Shown piece by piece: positions 18,503 to 28,199 of a stretch of DNA of 64,000 nt (positions are counted from its first letter, which is position 1; each line of letters begins with the position of its first letter). Made by a program: the position numbers and the translations under genes. The DNA is from Candidatus Bathyarchaeota archaeon (GTDB taxonomy: Archaea > Thermoproteota > Bathyarchaeia > Bathyarchaeales > Bathycorpusculaceae), in contig JAOAIX010000010.1 of NCBI GenBank assembly GCA_026414485.1, positions 4,371 to 68,370 on the forward strand, given 5' to 3'. The notes under the pieces were generated by a model. It saw only the letters and a list, made by a program, of their open reading frames with translations, ran no database searches and was not told the DNA's origin.

Positions 18503-18832
18503 TCATATCCTTGTTATTTTTGTTTCCCGCTTTCGAGATTGAAGCTGGATTAATATCTGTTTCAGTTGCGCATCTGATAATGGAATGGGAATTTTACCTA
18601 GTTGCGCCAACTGGATTAGCTGAAGCTCTAATTGATCTGTGAACTCAGGCTTGATTAACTTTAGATTTGTTAGCCGCTGTCGAGCTTCAGGGGAAAGTAT
18701 CTGTTTCAGTAAAGCCTGCTTTTGAGCTTCAAGTTGCTGCTCAACTTGCATTTGCCTCTGCTCATCAGAAGCACGCTGCTGTAAAGCCGCAAGTTTCCTC
18801 TTGCGAATGGAGTCCAACTCTTCATCGGACAT
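18503..18832 (-). CDS. DNA-binding protein, PDCD5/TFAR19 (MTH1615) family
   Basis: 109 aa: [14 protein letters not shown]..., [20 protein letters not shown]...[14 protein letters not shown]. Conserved position between rps19e and rpl39e. Confidence 0.75.
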   Translation of the reverse strand: MSDEELDSIRKRKLAALQQRASDEQRQMQVEQQLEAQKQALLKQILSPEARQRLTNLKLIKPEFTDQLELQLIQLAQLGKIPIPLSDAQLKQILIQLQSRKRETKITRI

Positions 18833-18834
18833 TA

Positions 18835-19395
18835 CTATTCGCCTTGATACTTCTTAAGATCTGGAATTGTTTTAACCAGTTCTTTATGTAAGGTTTCACT
18901 TATTTCTTGAAGAATTTTACGCCCCTTAGGGGTCATATGCCGCCCCGTCGACCTAACGGTCTGAATTAAACCTGCAGCTTCAAGTTGCTGCAAGAGTTTC
19001 CTGATATTGCTACCACCTGCTTTAGCTGCATGGTTAGGTTTTACACTAAAACCTTTTCGTCCACCGTATTCTGCACGGAGTTTTTCCAAGCCTATGGGAC
19101 CGTGAACATAAATTTTACGCAGCAAAGAAGCGCCCCTAGTGTACCACCAGTCAGGGTCTTGAGGCTGCTTTTCAACATGACTACCTGTCTTGGCAAATGC
19201 TGCCCACGATGGAGGATGCACTTCCTCAACATTCTCTTTTAAGTACTTAGCTAGTTTTTCGATGAACTTGGATGCTGGAACATCATGAGGAGTCGTCAAG
19301 ATTATATCCCTTTCAACTATTCCTTGCAGTAAGACAATGAAGCCCAATATAAATATTCTCTGGGCACACAATTTTTTTCTATTCTGTAGTACCAA
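18835..19395 (-). CDS. rps19e: 30S ribosomal protein eS19
   Basis: The body (HDVPASKFIEKLAKYLK...PDWWYTRGASLLRKIYVHGPIG...GGSNIRKLLQQLE) is a canonical eS19. The first ~32 codons of the track ORF look non-native. A TTG at 19299 would give MTTPHDVPA..., which is the more likely true start. Confidence 0.85.
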   Translation of the reverse strand: MVLQNRKKLCAQRIFILGFIVLLQGIVERDIILTTPHDVPASKFIEKLAKYLKENVEEVHPPSWAAFAKTGSHVEKQPQDPDWWYTRGASLLRKIYVHGPIGLEKLRAEYGGRKGFSVKPNHAAKAGGSNIRKLLQQLEAAGLIQTVRSTGRHMTPKGRKILQEISETLHKELVKTIPDLKKYQGE

Positions 19396-19490
19396 GGCTT
19401 TTGCAACTACATAAGGAGACAGAGTTTAAAATGTCGCATAATTTACCCTACACTATAATGATGGAAAATGAAGGCAACTGACAAAAACTA

Positions 19491-19781
19491 CTAAGAAGGC
19501 TGTGTCTTACGCCGTCTGTAAATTATGAAAACATGCCCGCGAACTTCCACTAAAGCAGCACCTGTTTCCGCAGCGGTTTTTTCACCTATGGATTTTGCAG
19601 TGGTATTCTCCAGTGCGCTGGGCAGAATTCTAATCTTCACCATCTTTGCTTTTTGTAGTTGCTTTTCAACTTCAGTTAAAACCTGTGGAGTTAACCCTCC
19701 TTTACCAATCCAGATTGTTGGTTTTTCCTCTTTCAGTACATGTCGTACATGTCGCTTCATGTTTGTTGTTATTTTACTCAA
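19491..19781 (-). CDS. YhbY/CRM-domain RNA-binding protein
   Basis: 96 aa: KPTIWIGKGGLTPQVLTEVEKQLQKAKMVKIRIL....GAALVEVRGHVFIIYR. Confidence 0.7.
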   Translation of the reverse strand: MSKITTNMKRHVRHVLKEEKPTIWIGKGGLTPQVLTEVEKQLQKAKMVKIRILPSALENTTAKSIGEKTAAETGAALVEVRGHVFIIYRRRKTQPS

Positions 19782-20097
19782 TTTGTTTTCTCCTTTTTGT
19801 CTTCACGATATAACGTGTTTTAGCACCACAGCCCAAACAGGTCACTACAACGTGTTTTTCTCGTCTGGATTTTATACGAACACGGCAATTTCGACCGTAA
19901 AGCAGTACCAAATGGCAATTCTTGCAAATTCTACGTTTGTAGTTAGTTGGCAAACGTATTCTTGCAGCCATAGCTATTTTTCTAGCGGTTACAACGTAGT
20001 GCTGAGCAAGTTCAGGGTTATACTTGCTGATGTTTAGCGCTTGCTGAAAGAGAACATCTATACGTTGTCGGGTTACTTGTCTGGCGACAAGGTTCAT
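19774..20097 (-). CDS. rnp4: RNase P protein component 4 (Rpp21/RPR2)
   Basis: 107 aa. Helical N-terminus (RIDVLFQQA...A..YV..ARKIAM) and a zinc ribbon (CKNCHLVLLYG...VVVTCLGCGAKTRY). Confidence 0.8.
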   Translation of the reverse strand: MNLVARQVTRQRIDVLFQQALNISKYNPELAQHYVVTARKIAMAARIRLPTNYKRRICKNCHLVLLYGRNCRVRIKSRREKHVVVTCLGCGAKTRYIVKTKRRKQIE

Positions 20098-20196
20098 TGC
20101 TTTTTAAGTACCCCGCTGTGCACGTGGCTTTATAGTAAATATGGAGTAGTAAAAGGTAGGCTAATAAACATTTGTTGTTTAAAATGAAAACTTGAC

Positions 20197-20559
20197 TTAC
20201 TGTTTATAGGCTAACCCCGTAAAAATCGCCACTGTTTTTTCTTCTTTGCGGACTGTAATTTGATATAGACCAAAAGTTTTACCTTCAGAAAGCCTCACAG
20301 CTTCAGCTGTTAATATATCACCCTCCTTAGTAGGCTTCAGGAAGTTTATGCTTACTTGTACGGCAACTGCTACTTTGTCGCCCGAGTTTGCTGCTTCTGC
20401 AAAAGCGCAGTCAGCAAGAGAGAAAACTACGCCGCCATGGGTAACACCTACAAAGTTTAGGTGTTGTTTGGAGACTTTCATGGTCACTTTGGCGTAGCCA
20501 TCGTTGACCGCCACTACTTGAATATCAAGTAACTCTCTGAAGTTATCTGTGCCTTTCAT
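20197..20559 (-). CDS. Hotdog-fold acyl-CoA thioesterase, PaaI family
   Basis: 120 aa. GVTHGGVVFSLADCAFAEAANS is the PaaI-type catalytic region. Last gene of the liv-ior-paaK operon, with a 4-nt overlap with livM. Confidence 0.7.
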   Translation of the reverse strand: MKGTDNFRELLDIQVVAVNDGYAKVTMKVSKQHLNFVGVTHGGVVFSLADCAFAEAANSGDKVAVAVQVSINFLKPTKEGDILTAEAVRLSEGKTFGLYQITVRKEEKTVAIFTGLAYKQ

Positions 20560-21605
20560 TGTTTACCAGCTGCTCTTTTGTTTAACAAATGAGCGTAGGC
20601 TTTGTCAATAACTGAGTAAATGCCTTTTGGCGCAAAAATAACAACTACTAATAAGATTATGCCAAGAAGCATCATGCGTATTGGTGGACCCACATTACTC
20701 ACTGCTGGAAACAACGAACCCAATAACCCTTGTAACAGATGGTCAATCCGAGGCAGATAAGCATCGATAGAGACAATTATCGCTGAGCCTATAAGAGGAC
20801 CGCTTAGGGTTCCTAGTCCACCTATGACAGCCATCATGAGGGGTAAAAAAGAAAAGTGAGGACTAAAAATTGAGACATCGATGTAACGAATGTATTGGGC
20901 ATACAATCCACCGGCTAACCCTGCAAAAAAGGTGCTGAGGATAAAAGCTACTAGTCTATATCTAGCAGTGTTTATACCTGTCATTTTTGCTTCAAGCTCG
21001 TTTTCACGTATAGCTTTAAAAGCTAATCCTAATTTTGACTTCATTATCAAATAGATTATGAAAATTGAGGCTGCTGCTACAGCAAAAGTGAAGTAGTAAA
21101 ACAGAACGCCACGAGGAACAATTAAGGGAGTACGAAAACCCATTATGCCGCCTATCACAGAATCAAATTGGCTGACAAGTGTTAGAGAAATTACTGAGAA
21201 GCCGAAAGTAACCATTCCTAAAAACCAAGCCTTTAACCTCACGCAAGTGAGACCAATAAGAAAACCTATTGCCGCCGAAAATAGTCCACCTAAAAAAAGC
21301 CCAAGTAGAGGAGGTACACCTAGCTTTATGGCGAGTAGTGCTGAAGTGAAACCGCCAATACCTAAGAAGGCGGCGTGCCCAAGGGAGCCTTGTCCTGAGA
21401 AGGCTAGCAAATTCCAACTTGACGCGTAAATAGCAAAGATTAGCATGGGTGCTAAGACTTCACTAATCACGTACTCACTGCCAATTATAAGAGGAAGAGC
21501 AGCTATAATCACAAGACCAGCGATGACAAAAATAAACCGCCTTGAGTATAGGCGACTTAAGTTAAATAATTTTATAAATCTTGTCATGTTATTCACCTTT
21601 TCCAC
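20556..21605 (-). CDS. livM: Branched-chain/aromatic amino acid ABC transporter permease, LivM-type
   Basis: 349-aa multi-pass membrane protein with the LivM-like segments SLGHAAFLGIGGF and GINTARYRLVAFILS. Confidence 0.8.
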   Translation of the reverse strand: MEKVNNMTRFIKLFNLSRLYSRRFIFVIAGLVIIAALPLIIGSEYVISEVLAPMLIFAIYASSWNLLAFSGQGSLGHAAFLGIGGFTSALLAIKLGVPPLLGLFLGGLFSAAIGFLIGLTCVRLKAWFLGMVTFGFSVISLTLVSQFDSVIGGIMGFRTPLIVPRGVLFYYFTFAVAAASIFIIYLIMKSKLGLAFKAIRENELEAKMTGINTARYRLVAFILSTFFAGLAGGLYAQYIRYIDVSIFSPHFSFLPLMMAVIGGLGTLSGPLIGSAIIVSIDAYLPRIDHLLQGLLGSLFPAVSNVGPPIRMMLLGIILLVVVIFAPKGIYSVIDKAYAHLLNKRAAGKQ

Positions 21606-22461
21606 CGAATAGACCCGTGGGTTTAATTATCAACACAGCGATGAGAAGCACAAAAGCGATCGCATCGGGCCAAATTCCACCTAGCAAGTAGCCAGCAGTA
21701 GTTTCAGCTATTCCATAAAGCAGGCCACCTATCACTGCTCCAGGTATGCTACCCAGTCCACCCAGTATTATTATGGCAAATGCCTTGATTGTTGGTAATG
21801 CGCCCAACGTTGGGCTAAATGGGAAAATTATTCCGTAAAGGGCACCGGCAGCGCCCGCCAAAGCTGCACCTAACGCAAAAGTGAAAACATAGACTTTTTC
21901 GATGTTTATCCCCATAAGTTTGGCGGCATCGCTTTTTTGGCTGGTTGCCTGCATAGCTAAACCAATCTTGGTTCTTTTCATCAAAAACACAATTGATAAA
22001 AGAATAACAACAACTATGCCGATGGCGGCTAATCTGTCGTAACTTATGGAAATTCCAGCTAACGAAAGAATACCATTTATGGAACTTGGAATTTGAGCGG
22101 ACTTGTTACCCCACAAAAGCACAGCTGCATTTTCAAAAATGTAAATTAAACCTAAACTGACAAAAATTTCGTTCAGTTTTTCAGTTCCCAGAACCTTACG
22201 GAATGTTAACCTTTCAACAGCGACGCCAATAATCGCCACACCGACCATTGCAACGAGAATAGCAAGGTAAGAATTTACACCTAAAATAACAGAAGTTGTG
22301 AAGGCTAAGTAGGCGCCAATCATAAGGAGTTGCCCATGAGCAAAATTGACGAGTTTCATTACACCAAAGATTATACTCAGGCCTGTTGCCAATAGTATGT
22401 AAATACAACCGTTTGCTACACCCCAAAGCAAGGTTTCAGCGAGTCCAGAGGGGGTAATCAT
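21589..22461 (-). CDS. livH: Branched-chain/aromatic amino acid ABC transporter permease, LivH-type
   Basis: 290 aa. LivH-like segments VNFAHGQLLMIGAY and LMGINIEKVYVFTFALGAALAG. Confidence 0.85.
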   Translation of the reverse strand: MITPSGLAETLLWGVANGCIYILLATGLSIIFGVMKLVNFAHGQLLMIGAYLAFTTSVILGVNSYLAILVAMVGVAIIGVAVERLTFRKVLGTEKLNEIFVSLGLIYIFENAAVLLWGNKSAQIPSSINGILSLAGISISYDRLAAIGIVVVILLSIVFLMKRTKIGLAMQATSQKSDAAKLMGINIEKVYVFTFALGAALAGAAGALYGIIFPFSPTLGALPTIKAFAIIILGGLGSIPGAVIGGLLYGIAETTAGYLLGGIWPDAIAFVLLIAVLIIKPTGLFGGKGE

Positions 22462-22551
22462 GTAGGTTCAACCTCACCTATTTTCTCATATTGAGTATTT
22501 AAAACATATCGAGAAAAATAAAAAACTAAAAGAAAAGATGGAATTGGAAGT

Positions 22552-24009
22552 CTATGGGCTTCCAGGTTGGTAGCCAGGCGGCAAAACGAATTCGGCTTGT
22601 TTAATTGACCCAACAACTGGTACAGCCGACGGATACACAATTTTTGGTCGTGCTTCCTGTAGAGTTGCGTTGTAGGTTAATTGTTCAACAAAGGTTACTG
22701 GCGAAATTTCGTGATAATTTACGCCTGTGCTGAACTGTATTGTGCCTGTTTTAGTCATGATTAGCATTTGAGGCATGTTTATCTGCTCGATAGCATCTCG
22801 GATAGCAGCTTTATCTAAAGTTCCTGCACGCTCAATCGCCTCCTTGGCTATGTAAAAAGCGTCATATGTATCAGCACCCATCATACCTGGCAAGGTGTTA
22901 TATTTTGCTTTGTAGTTTGCAACATAAGTTTCTATTGCAGGCAAGTAGAATGGTGGACCAGCATATGAAGCAAATTTTGATTCTAGTAGTACACCGTCAC
23001 CGTATTCTCCCAATAACGTGTAAAATTGTGGGTCTTCACAACATTCAACCGCTATGTAAACTGTATTTAATCCAACATCTTTCCGACCTTCTTTGATTAT
23101 TTCAGCAGTGTTAGCGATAAAGTCAACTACATAAACAGCGTCAGGTTTAGCATCTTTAATTACTGTGAGGTCAGTTTGGAAGGTGGTTGCAGTTGTCTGG
23201 TATGACCGCTCTGCAACTATTTCTATCGGAAGGTTGTTGGTTATTATAAGGTTTTTGGTGTCAGCTACAACGCCTTTACCAAAGGCGTCATTGCGGTAGA
23301 TAAGAGCCAACCGAAGAGGTCGTGAGGCTGCAAAATGGTAGGTGCTGTCAATCAAGGGTTTCATAGTTTCAGCGAAGAAATTAACTACTGTTGTGCTGTA
23401 GTCGGAAGTAGTTGTGCAGTAATGGAACATGTAGCTCATTCCTTCGGCATCGTTGATTCTTCTTGCGTCGTCTTCAGCTAATCCACCGAAGTTACCTTGT
23501 GGACCTCTGCGAGTAACCAGATTTGAAGAAGCTCCTGTTATTATGAACGGAACACGATTCTCAATTGCTACAACCTGCCCTGCGAGGGTGCCTGCACTTG
23601 TGTAACCACCTATTAAAAGATCGACTTTATCTTCAACTACTGCACGTGTAATTGGACCCACAGTCTCGCCTGCTGTATCTTTACCTGTGTCAGCGATTAT
23701 AAGCTCTATAGGAACTTTTGTGTTCCATTCAGCGACGTAGACGCCTCCAGCGGCGTTAATTTCTTCGACAGCAAGTTTAGCGGCTCTATCCATGTCTTGA
23801 CCTTCGGCTAGCTGGTAACCTGCAACTAAACCTATTCGAACAGGTCTTGCATCGGGTGATGGCGTAGTAGAAGCTAGTGGTGTAGCTGTTTGGGTTGGTG
23901 TAGGCGACGGCGATGAAGCTGGCTGCTGTGTTATTTGCCATACGCCAGCACTTGTGATAGCAACAATTACCACTATAGCGGTGATAACAACTAAAATTTT
24001 CTTTTGCAC
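22552..24009 (-). CDS. ABC transporter substrate-binding protein (LivK/type-I PBP) with N-terminal anchor and Thr/Pro linker
   Basis: 485 aa. N-terminal TM helix, linker SSPSPTPTQTATPLASTTPSP, then a type-I periplasmic-binding-protein-like body (VRIGLVAGYQLAEGQD...). Confidence 0.8.
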   Translation of the reverse strand: MQKKILVVITAIVVIVAITSAGVWQITQQPASSPSPTPTQTATPLASTTPSPDARPVRIGLVAGYQLAEGQDMDRAAKLAVEEINAAGGVYVAEWNTKVPIELIIADTGKDTAGETVGPITRAVVEDKVDLLIGGYTSAGTLAGQVVAIENRVPFIITGASSNLVTRRGPQGNFGGLAEDDARRINDAEGMSYMFHYCTTTSDYSTTVVNFFAETMKPLIDSTYHFAASRPLRLALIYRNDAFGKGVVADTKNLIITNNLPIEIVAERSYQTTATTFQTDLTVIKDAKPDAVYVVDFIANTAEIIKEGRKDVGLNTVYIAVECCEDPQFYTLLGEYGDGVLLESKFASYAGPPFYLPAIETYVANYKAKYNTLPGMMGADTYDAFYIAKEAIERAGTLDKAAIRDAIEQINMPQMLIMTKTGTIQFSTGVNYHEISPVTFVEQLTYNATLQEARPKIVYPSAVPVVGSIKQAEFVLPPGYQPGSP

Positions 24010-24061
24010 TACAATTTCTCCTCTTTTTTTCCTTTGTATATCGAAGGTACGCTTAATAAAA

Positions 24062-24655
24062 CTAACTCAAAGATACGCTTTGGCGTCCCAGTTCGAAAGC
24101 TTCAAGGTTTAGCGTTACATATTTTTCTTTAAGACGAGAGGTTATTGCCTGTTTGAAAGAGTCCTGCTTGACAGGATTCTCAGGTAAAGCGGAAACTGCG
24201 CCTAAAAGAACCGTGTTTACTACTAAGAGGTTCCCAAGTTTTTGAGCTATTCCTATGCCGTCTACCTCGTGTACCCGTCGCGCATAGCTCCGGATGAGGG
24301 CAAGTAGTTCTTCAGGTTTCACAGGTTTAGCGTTTCCCTGTGTAATACTGTTAGGCGGGATGTATTTTGTGTTAACTAAAACTGTACCTTTGGGTCTAAG
24401 CATAGAAAGGGAGCGAGCAGTTTCGAGAATTTCAAAACCAATAATTAAGTCAGCCTTACCAGTTTCAATCAACGGAGACAAAACTTTGTCGCCCACTCTT
24501 ACGTGAGCACTAATTGAACCACCACGTTGCGCCATGCCATGGATTTCAGCTTTTGCCACATCAAAACCGTCCAACATTGCGGCTTCGCAAAAAATGTCAC
24601 TTAAAACAACTACACCTTGCCCACCTACACCAGTGAAAATAAGGTCTAACGCCAT
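24062..24655 (-). CDS. iorB: Indolepyruvate:ferredoxin oxidoreductase subunit beta
   Basis: 197 aa. GVGGQGVV....I...A....G..V...E.HGMAQRGGS is the gamma-type POR domain. Immediately downstream of iorA. Confidence 0.85.
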   Translation of the reverse strand: MALDLIFTGVGGQGVVVLSDIFCEAAMLDGFDVAKAEIHGMAQRGGSISAHVRVGDKVLSPLIETGKADLIIGFEILETARSLSMLRPKGTVLVNTKYIPPNSITQGNAKPVKPEELLALIRSYARRVHEVDGIGIAQKLGNLLVVNTVLLGAVSALPENPVKQDSFKQAITSRLKEKYVTLNLEAFELGRQSVSLS

Positions 24656-24657
24656 TT

Positions 24658-26868
24658 TTATTCAATGCTCCTTATAGCGTTGAACGGACATAAAGCTTGG
24701 CACACACCACACCCCCAGCAGAGTGTTACGTCAATTTCCGCGCGTTCAGATTTCAAAGAAATTGCTGGGCATCCGAAAGCAGTTACACATATGCCGCAGG
24801 AGTTGCATTTTTCTGTAACTTCACGGGCAGAATTCTTGGGAATCTTAAGAGGACAAGGGCGCTCAGAAATTACCACGGAAGGACCATCATAATCCAAAAT
24901 TTCCTGTAGGACTTTTCGTGTTCCATCCACATCATAAGGATCTATATTTTTCACTTTTTCGACGCCGAGACTACGGCAGATTTCGTCAAGCTTCATAATT
25001 TTGGCGTCCTCGCCCATGGCGTTTTTTCCTGATCCAGGTGTAGGTTGATGCCCAGTCATGGCAACTACACGGTTATCGAGAATAACGACGCATACGTCAG
25101 CTTTGTTATAGGTTATATTCAAAAGACCTGGCATGCCGCCGTGAAAAAAAGTGGAGTCACCTATTACCGCGAAAACTTTTTCCTTGACTCCTGCATGAAA
25201 CATTCCTGCCGCTTGGGAAATTCCGGCGCCCATACACAGACAGGTTTGCACTGAGTTGAGAGGTTGCAAATAACCCAAAGTATAGCAACCAATATCGCCG
25301 GTGACAATTTTATCTTCAGTTCTACCTGAGAAACTGAGAGCTCCTTCGGGGCAAGTTTCCACACATTTTGGTTTGCCTTCGCAGGTATCACAGACTATTG
25401 CTTTTCTTGTTTGTGGATGCAAAGTAACGGCGCCATATTTACATGCAGTTATACACCAGCCGCAGCCGTCACATTTGCTTTCCTCCACATGGATAACCCC
25501 AGTTGTTGACAACTGAGATAACGCCTCTTTTGGGCAAGCAGTAACGCAAGGTGCATCTTTGCAGAGACGACAAGACAGGGCCATATTTGAAAGTGGATCA
25601 AGACGTACAGCTCGGATTCGTGATTTGTATGGATTGAAAACCTGCTCTTTTTCCCAAGAGCACTCAAGCTCACAAATGTCGCAACTAATGCATTTTTGAG
25701 GATTACATTGCACAAACTGGTTCACAGTATTTAAGGCATAATAGAAAGCCCGATGCGGACAGCCTGGACATAAAACTGGAGGGCGAGGGGGTAAAGTTAA
25801 GTCGATATTTCGCGATGGCAGTTTATCACATAAACCTATCTTAGAGAAAGCTTCACGAAGAAGATCAGGGTTGAATTCCCCAATTTCGTCGAGCTGTAGT
25901 TCCTTTTTTCCTAAAATTTCAACGTCTAAACCACGTAAATTCTCCTCGATGTAGGGACGCAGCTCTTCTACAACTATGATTTTTTCCAATTTAGATGCAA
26001 ATTGCCGCACTAACTCATATGGGAAAGGATACATGAAACCTAGTTTCAGCCAAGAAAACTTTTTTGAAGATAACAAAGATTTGGCGTAGTAGTATCCTAC
26101 ACCGCTACCTATTATGCCAATTTTTTTGTGGTTATTTTCGAAAACATTATAGTTGGATTTGTTGGCAATTTTTTCTGCTTCGGCCAAACGGCTTTTCAAC
26201 ACATGGTGTTGGCGCATAGCGTTTAAAGGCACCATGACCCATTTGGATTGGTCTTTGTCAAACTCGGCTTTGCGAGTAAGCTTAAGGAACTCTCCTATTT
26301 TTACGCGGGCTTTACTGTGGGCAACTCGGGTGGTTAAGCGGACGATGACAGGCAAACTAAGCTTTTCGCTTATCTCAAACGCTTCCCTAGTCATATCATA
26401 AGCTTCTTGAGGACTGCCGGCGTCAAGTAGGGGTATATTTGAGTGAACCGCAAAATAGCGGCTGTCCTGTTCGTTTTGGCTACTATGCATAGCTGGATCA
26501 TCGCAAACCACAATAACTAATCCGCCAACAACACCTGTGTAAGCCAGGGTCATTGCGGCGTCTGCAGCAACATTTAACCCAACATGTTTCATGGAAACAA
26601 TGGATCGAACTCCAGTCATAGAAGCGCCAGCAGCAACTTCTACTGCAACTATCTCGTTGACACTCCACTCTGCGTAGATTCCTAGGGGTTTAGCGACTTC
26701 AGCAATTGCTTCCAAAATTTCAGTTGAAGGCGTGCCAGGGTATGCTGCGGCAACTTTTATGCCAGACTCTATGGCTCCTCTAGCGACTGCTTCATCGCCG
26801 TTTAGTAGCATAAAACTACCGGGTTTGTTAATTGCAAGTTTTGAAGCCATGTTGATTGAGACCTTCAC
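24658..26868 (-). CDS. iorA: Indolepyruvate:ferredoxin oxidoreductase subunit alpha carrying an extra inserted four-cluster ferredoxin module
   Basis: 736 aa. Contains LLNGDEAVARGAIESG, LCPGCPHR, GDIGCYTLG, GDSTFFHGG and the C-terminal CNSCGICVTAFGCP / CWGCGVCQALCP. A ~140-aa Cys-rich insert occupies residues ~384-520. The start overlaps the paaK stop by 4 nt. Confidence 0.85.
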   Translation of the reverse strand: MKVSINMASKLAINKPGSFMLLNGDEAVARGAIESGIKVAAAYPGTPSTEILEAIAEVAKPLGIYAEWSVNEIVAVEVAAGASMTGVRSIVSMKHVGLNVAADAAMTLAYTGVVGGLVIVVCDDPAMHSSQNEQDSRYFAVHSNIPLLDAGSPQEAYDMTREAFEISEKLSLPVIVRLTTRVAHSKARVKIGEFLKLTRKAEFDKDQSKWVMVPLNAMRQHHVLKSRLAEAEKIANKSNYNVFENNHKKIGIIGSGVGYYYAKSLLSSKKFSWLKLGFMYPFPYELVRQFASKLEKIIVVEELRPYIEENLRGLDVEILGKKELQLDEIGEFNPDLLREAFSKIGLCDKLPSRNIDLTLPPRPPVLCPGCPHRAFYYALNTVNQFVQCNPQKCISCDICELECSWEKEQVFNPYKSRIRAVRLDPLSNMALSCRLCKDAPCVTACPKEALSQLSTTGVIHVEESKCDGCGWCITACKYGAVTLHPQTRKAIVCDTCEGKPKCVETCPEGALSFSGRTEDKIVTGDIGCYTLGYLQPLNSVQTCLCMGAGISQAAGMFHAGVKEKVFAVIGDSTFFHGGMPGLLNITYNKADVCVVILDNRVVAMTGHQPTPGSGKNAMGEDAKIMKLDEICRSLGVEKVKNIDPYDVDGTRKVLQEILDYDGPSVVISERPCPLKIPKNSAREVTEKCNSCGICVTAFGCPAISLKSERAEIDVTLCWGCGVCQALCPFNAIRSIE

Positions 26869-28184
26869 ATTTTGCCTTTCCGATTATCAAAAACGTGTTT
26901 GGCTTTTCCTTCTGTTCTAGGGATTTCTCCGTACTTTACAATTTCAATTTCAGGATGAAGCCCTGTGACGCTACAGATCTTACTTTGTATTTTAACTGCG
27001 AGAGCCTTCAAGTCGAGTTGTTTGTTTTTGGAGGCTTCCTCGTTTAATTCCACTTTTACCAGGAATGTATCTAAAGCATCTGGGCGATCTACAATTATGT
27101 GGTACTGCGAGGCCAATTCTGGAAATCCCATAACTACATATTCGATTTGTGATGGAAAGACGTTGACACCTCTAATGATAAGCATGTCATCTGATCTACC
27201 GCTGACCCGCATCATGCGGGCGTGTGTACGGCCACAAGGGCAATTATCTGTTTGAATAACAGAAATGTCACGTGTGCGATACCTTAGAAGAGGCAAAGCA
27301 GTTTTGGAGAGAGGGGTAAAAACCAGTTCACCTTCTTCGCCGTCAGAAAGAACTTCACCTGTTTCAGAGTTTATAGTTTCAACTATGAAGTGATCTTCCC
27401 AAACGTGTAAACCATGATGCTCTGAACATTCTATTGAAACCCCAGGACCACACAATTCAGTTAAACCGTAAACGTCAAAGGCGTTAATGCCTAATGTAGT
27501 TTGGATGCGGTCACGAATTCTTTCCGACCACGGTTCAGCGCCGAAAAGACCAAGTTTTAGAACTAGATCTCTTTTTGGGTCAACACCTTCAGCCGCCATG
27601 GTTTCTGCGAGGTAAACGGCAAAGCTAGGAGTACAGCATAGTACTGTGGCTTTTAGGTCTTTCATAAGTTTTATCTGGCGTTGAGTCATACCCCCGCTGG
27701 CGGGTATTATGGCGGCGCCAAGTTTCTGGGCGCCGTAGTGGAAACCTAAGCCACCCGTAAATAAGCCGTAGCCGTAGGCTATGTGGATGACGTCGTCGTT
27801 TCTGCCGCCTGCGGTGTATATAGATCGGGCCATTAACTCTTGCCATGTGTCCATGTCGGTTTTGGTGTACGCCCCAATAATAGGGTTACCTGTGGTACCG
27901 CTTGAAGCGTGGATTTCGACAATTTCGGCAGGAGGAACCGCCAACAGCCCAAGCGGATAATTATCTCTCAGATCATTTTTTACAGTGAAGGGAATTTTTT
28001 GCAGATCTACGAGAGTCTTTATGTTATCAGGGGTCAACTTTGCCTCCTTGAGTTTCCTTTTATAAAAAGGAGAGTTGTTGTAGCAATGTTTGACTTGCGC
28101 TTTAAGTTTTTTTAGTTGAAGTTCTTGGAGTTTTTTTCTTGGCATCGTTTCTATAGTTTTATTCCAGTACACACTATTGCTCAT
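26865..28184 (-). CDS. paaK: Phenylacetate--CoA ligase (PaaK / F390-synthetase family adenylate-forming enzyme)
   Basis: 439 aa. SSGTTGNPI AMP-binding motif, YGLTE, and a typical PaaK N-terminus (YWNK.IETMPR..L..LQL.KL). Confidence 0.85.
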   Translation of the reverse strand: MSNSVYWNKTIETMPRKKLQELQLKKLKAQVKHCYNNSPFYKRKLKEAKLTPDNIKTLVDLQKIPFTVKNDLRDNYPLGLLAVPPAEIVEIHASSGTTGNPIIGAYTKTDMDTWQELMARSIYTAGGRNDDVIHIAYGYGLFTGGLGFHYGAQKLGAAIIPASGGMTQRQIKLMKDLKATVLCCTPSFAVYLAETMAAEGVDPKRDLVLKLGLFGAEPWSERIRDRIQTTLGINAFDVYGLTELCGPGVSIECSEHHGLHVWEDHFIVETINSETGEVLSDGEEGELVFTPLSKTALPLLRYRTRDISVIQTDNCPCGRTHARMMRVSGRSDDMLIIRGVNVFPSQIEYVVMGFPELASQYHIIVDRPDALDTFLVKVELNEEASKNKQLDLKALAVKIQSKICSVTGLHPEIEIVKYGEIPRTEGKAKHVFDNRKGKM

Positions 28185-28199
28185 AGACGTTTCCTCCAG

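Noticed and set aside
18397-18642. Plus-strand 81-aa ORF.
   Set aside because: It overlaps the minus-strand rpl39e and the PDCD5-like gene, both with canonical sequences and synteny.
19457-19481. C-box-like ATGATGG and D-box CTGA in the rps19e/YhbY spacer, considered as a C/D box sRNA.
   Set aside because: The boxes are only ~15 nt apart, there are no C'/D' boxes or terminal stem, and the C box is imperfect.
22458-22640. 60-aa ORF in the SBP-livH junction.
   Set aside because: It overlaps the C-terminus of the substrate-binding protein gene and has no features.
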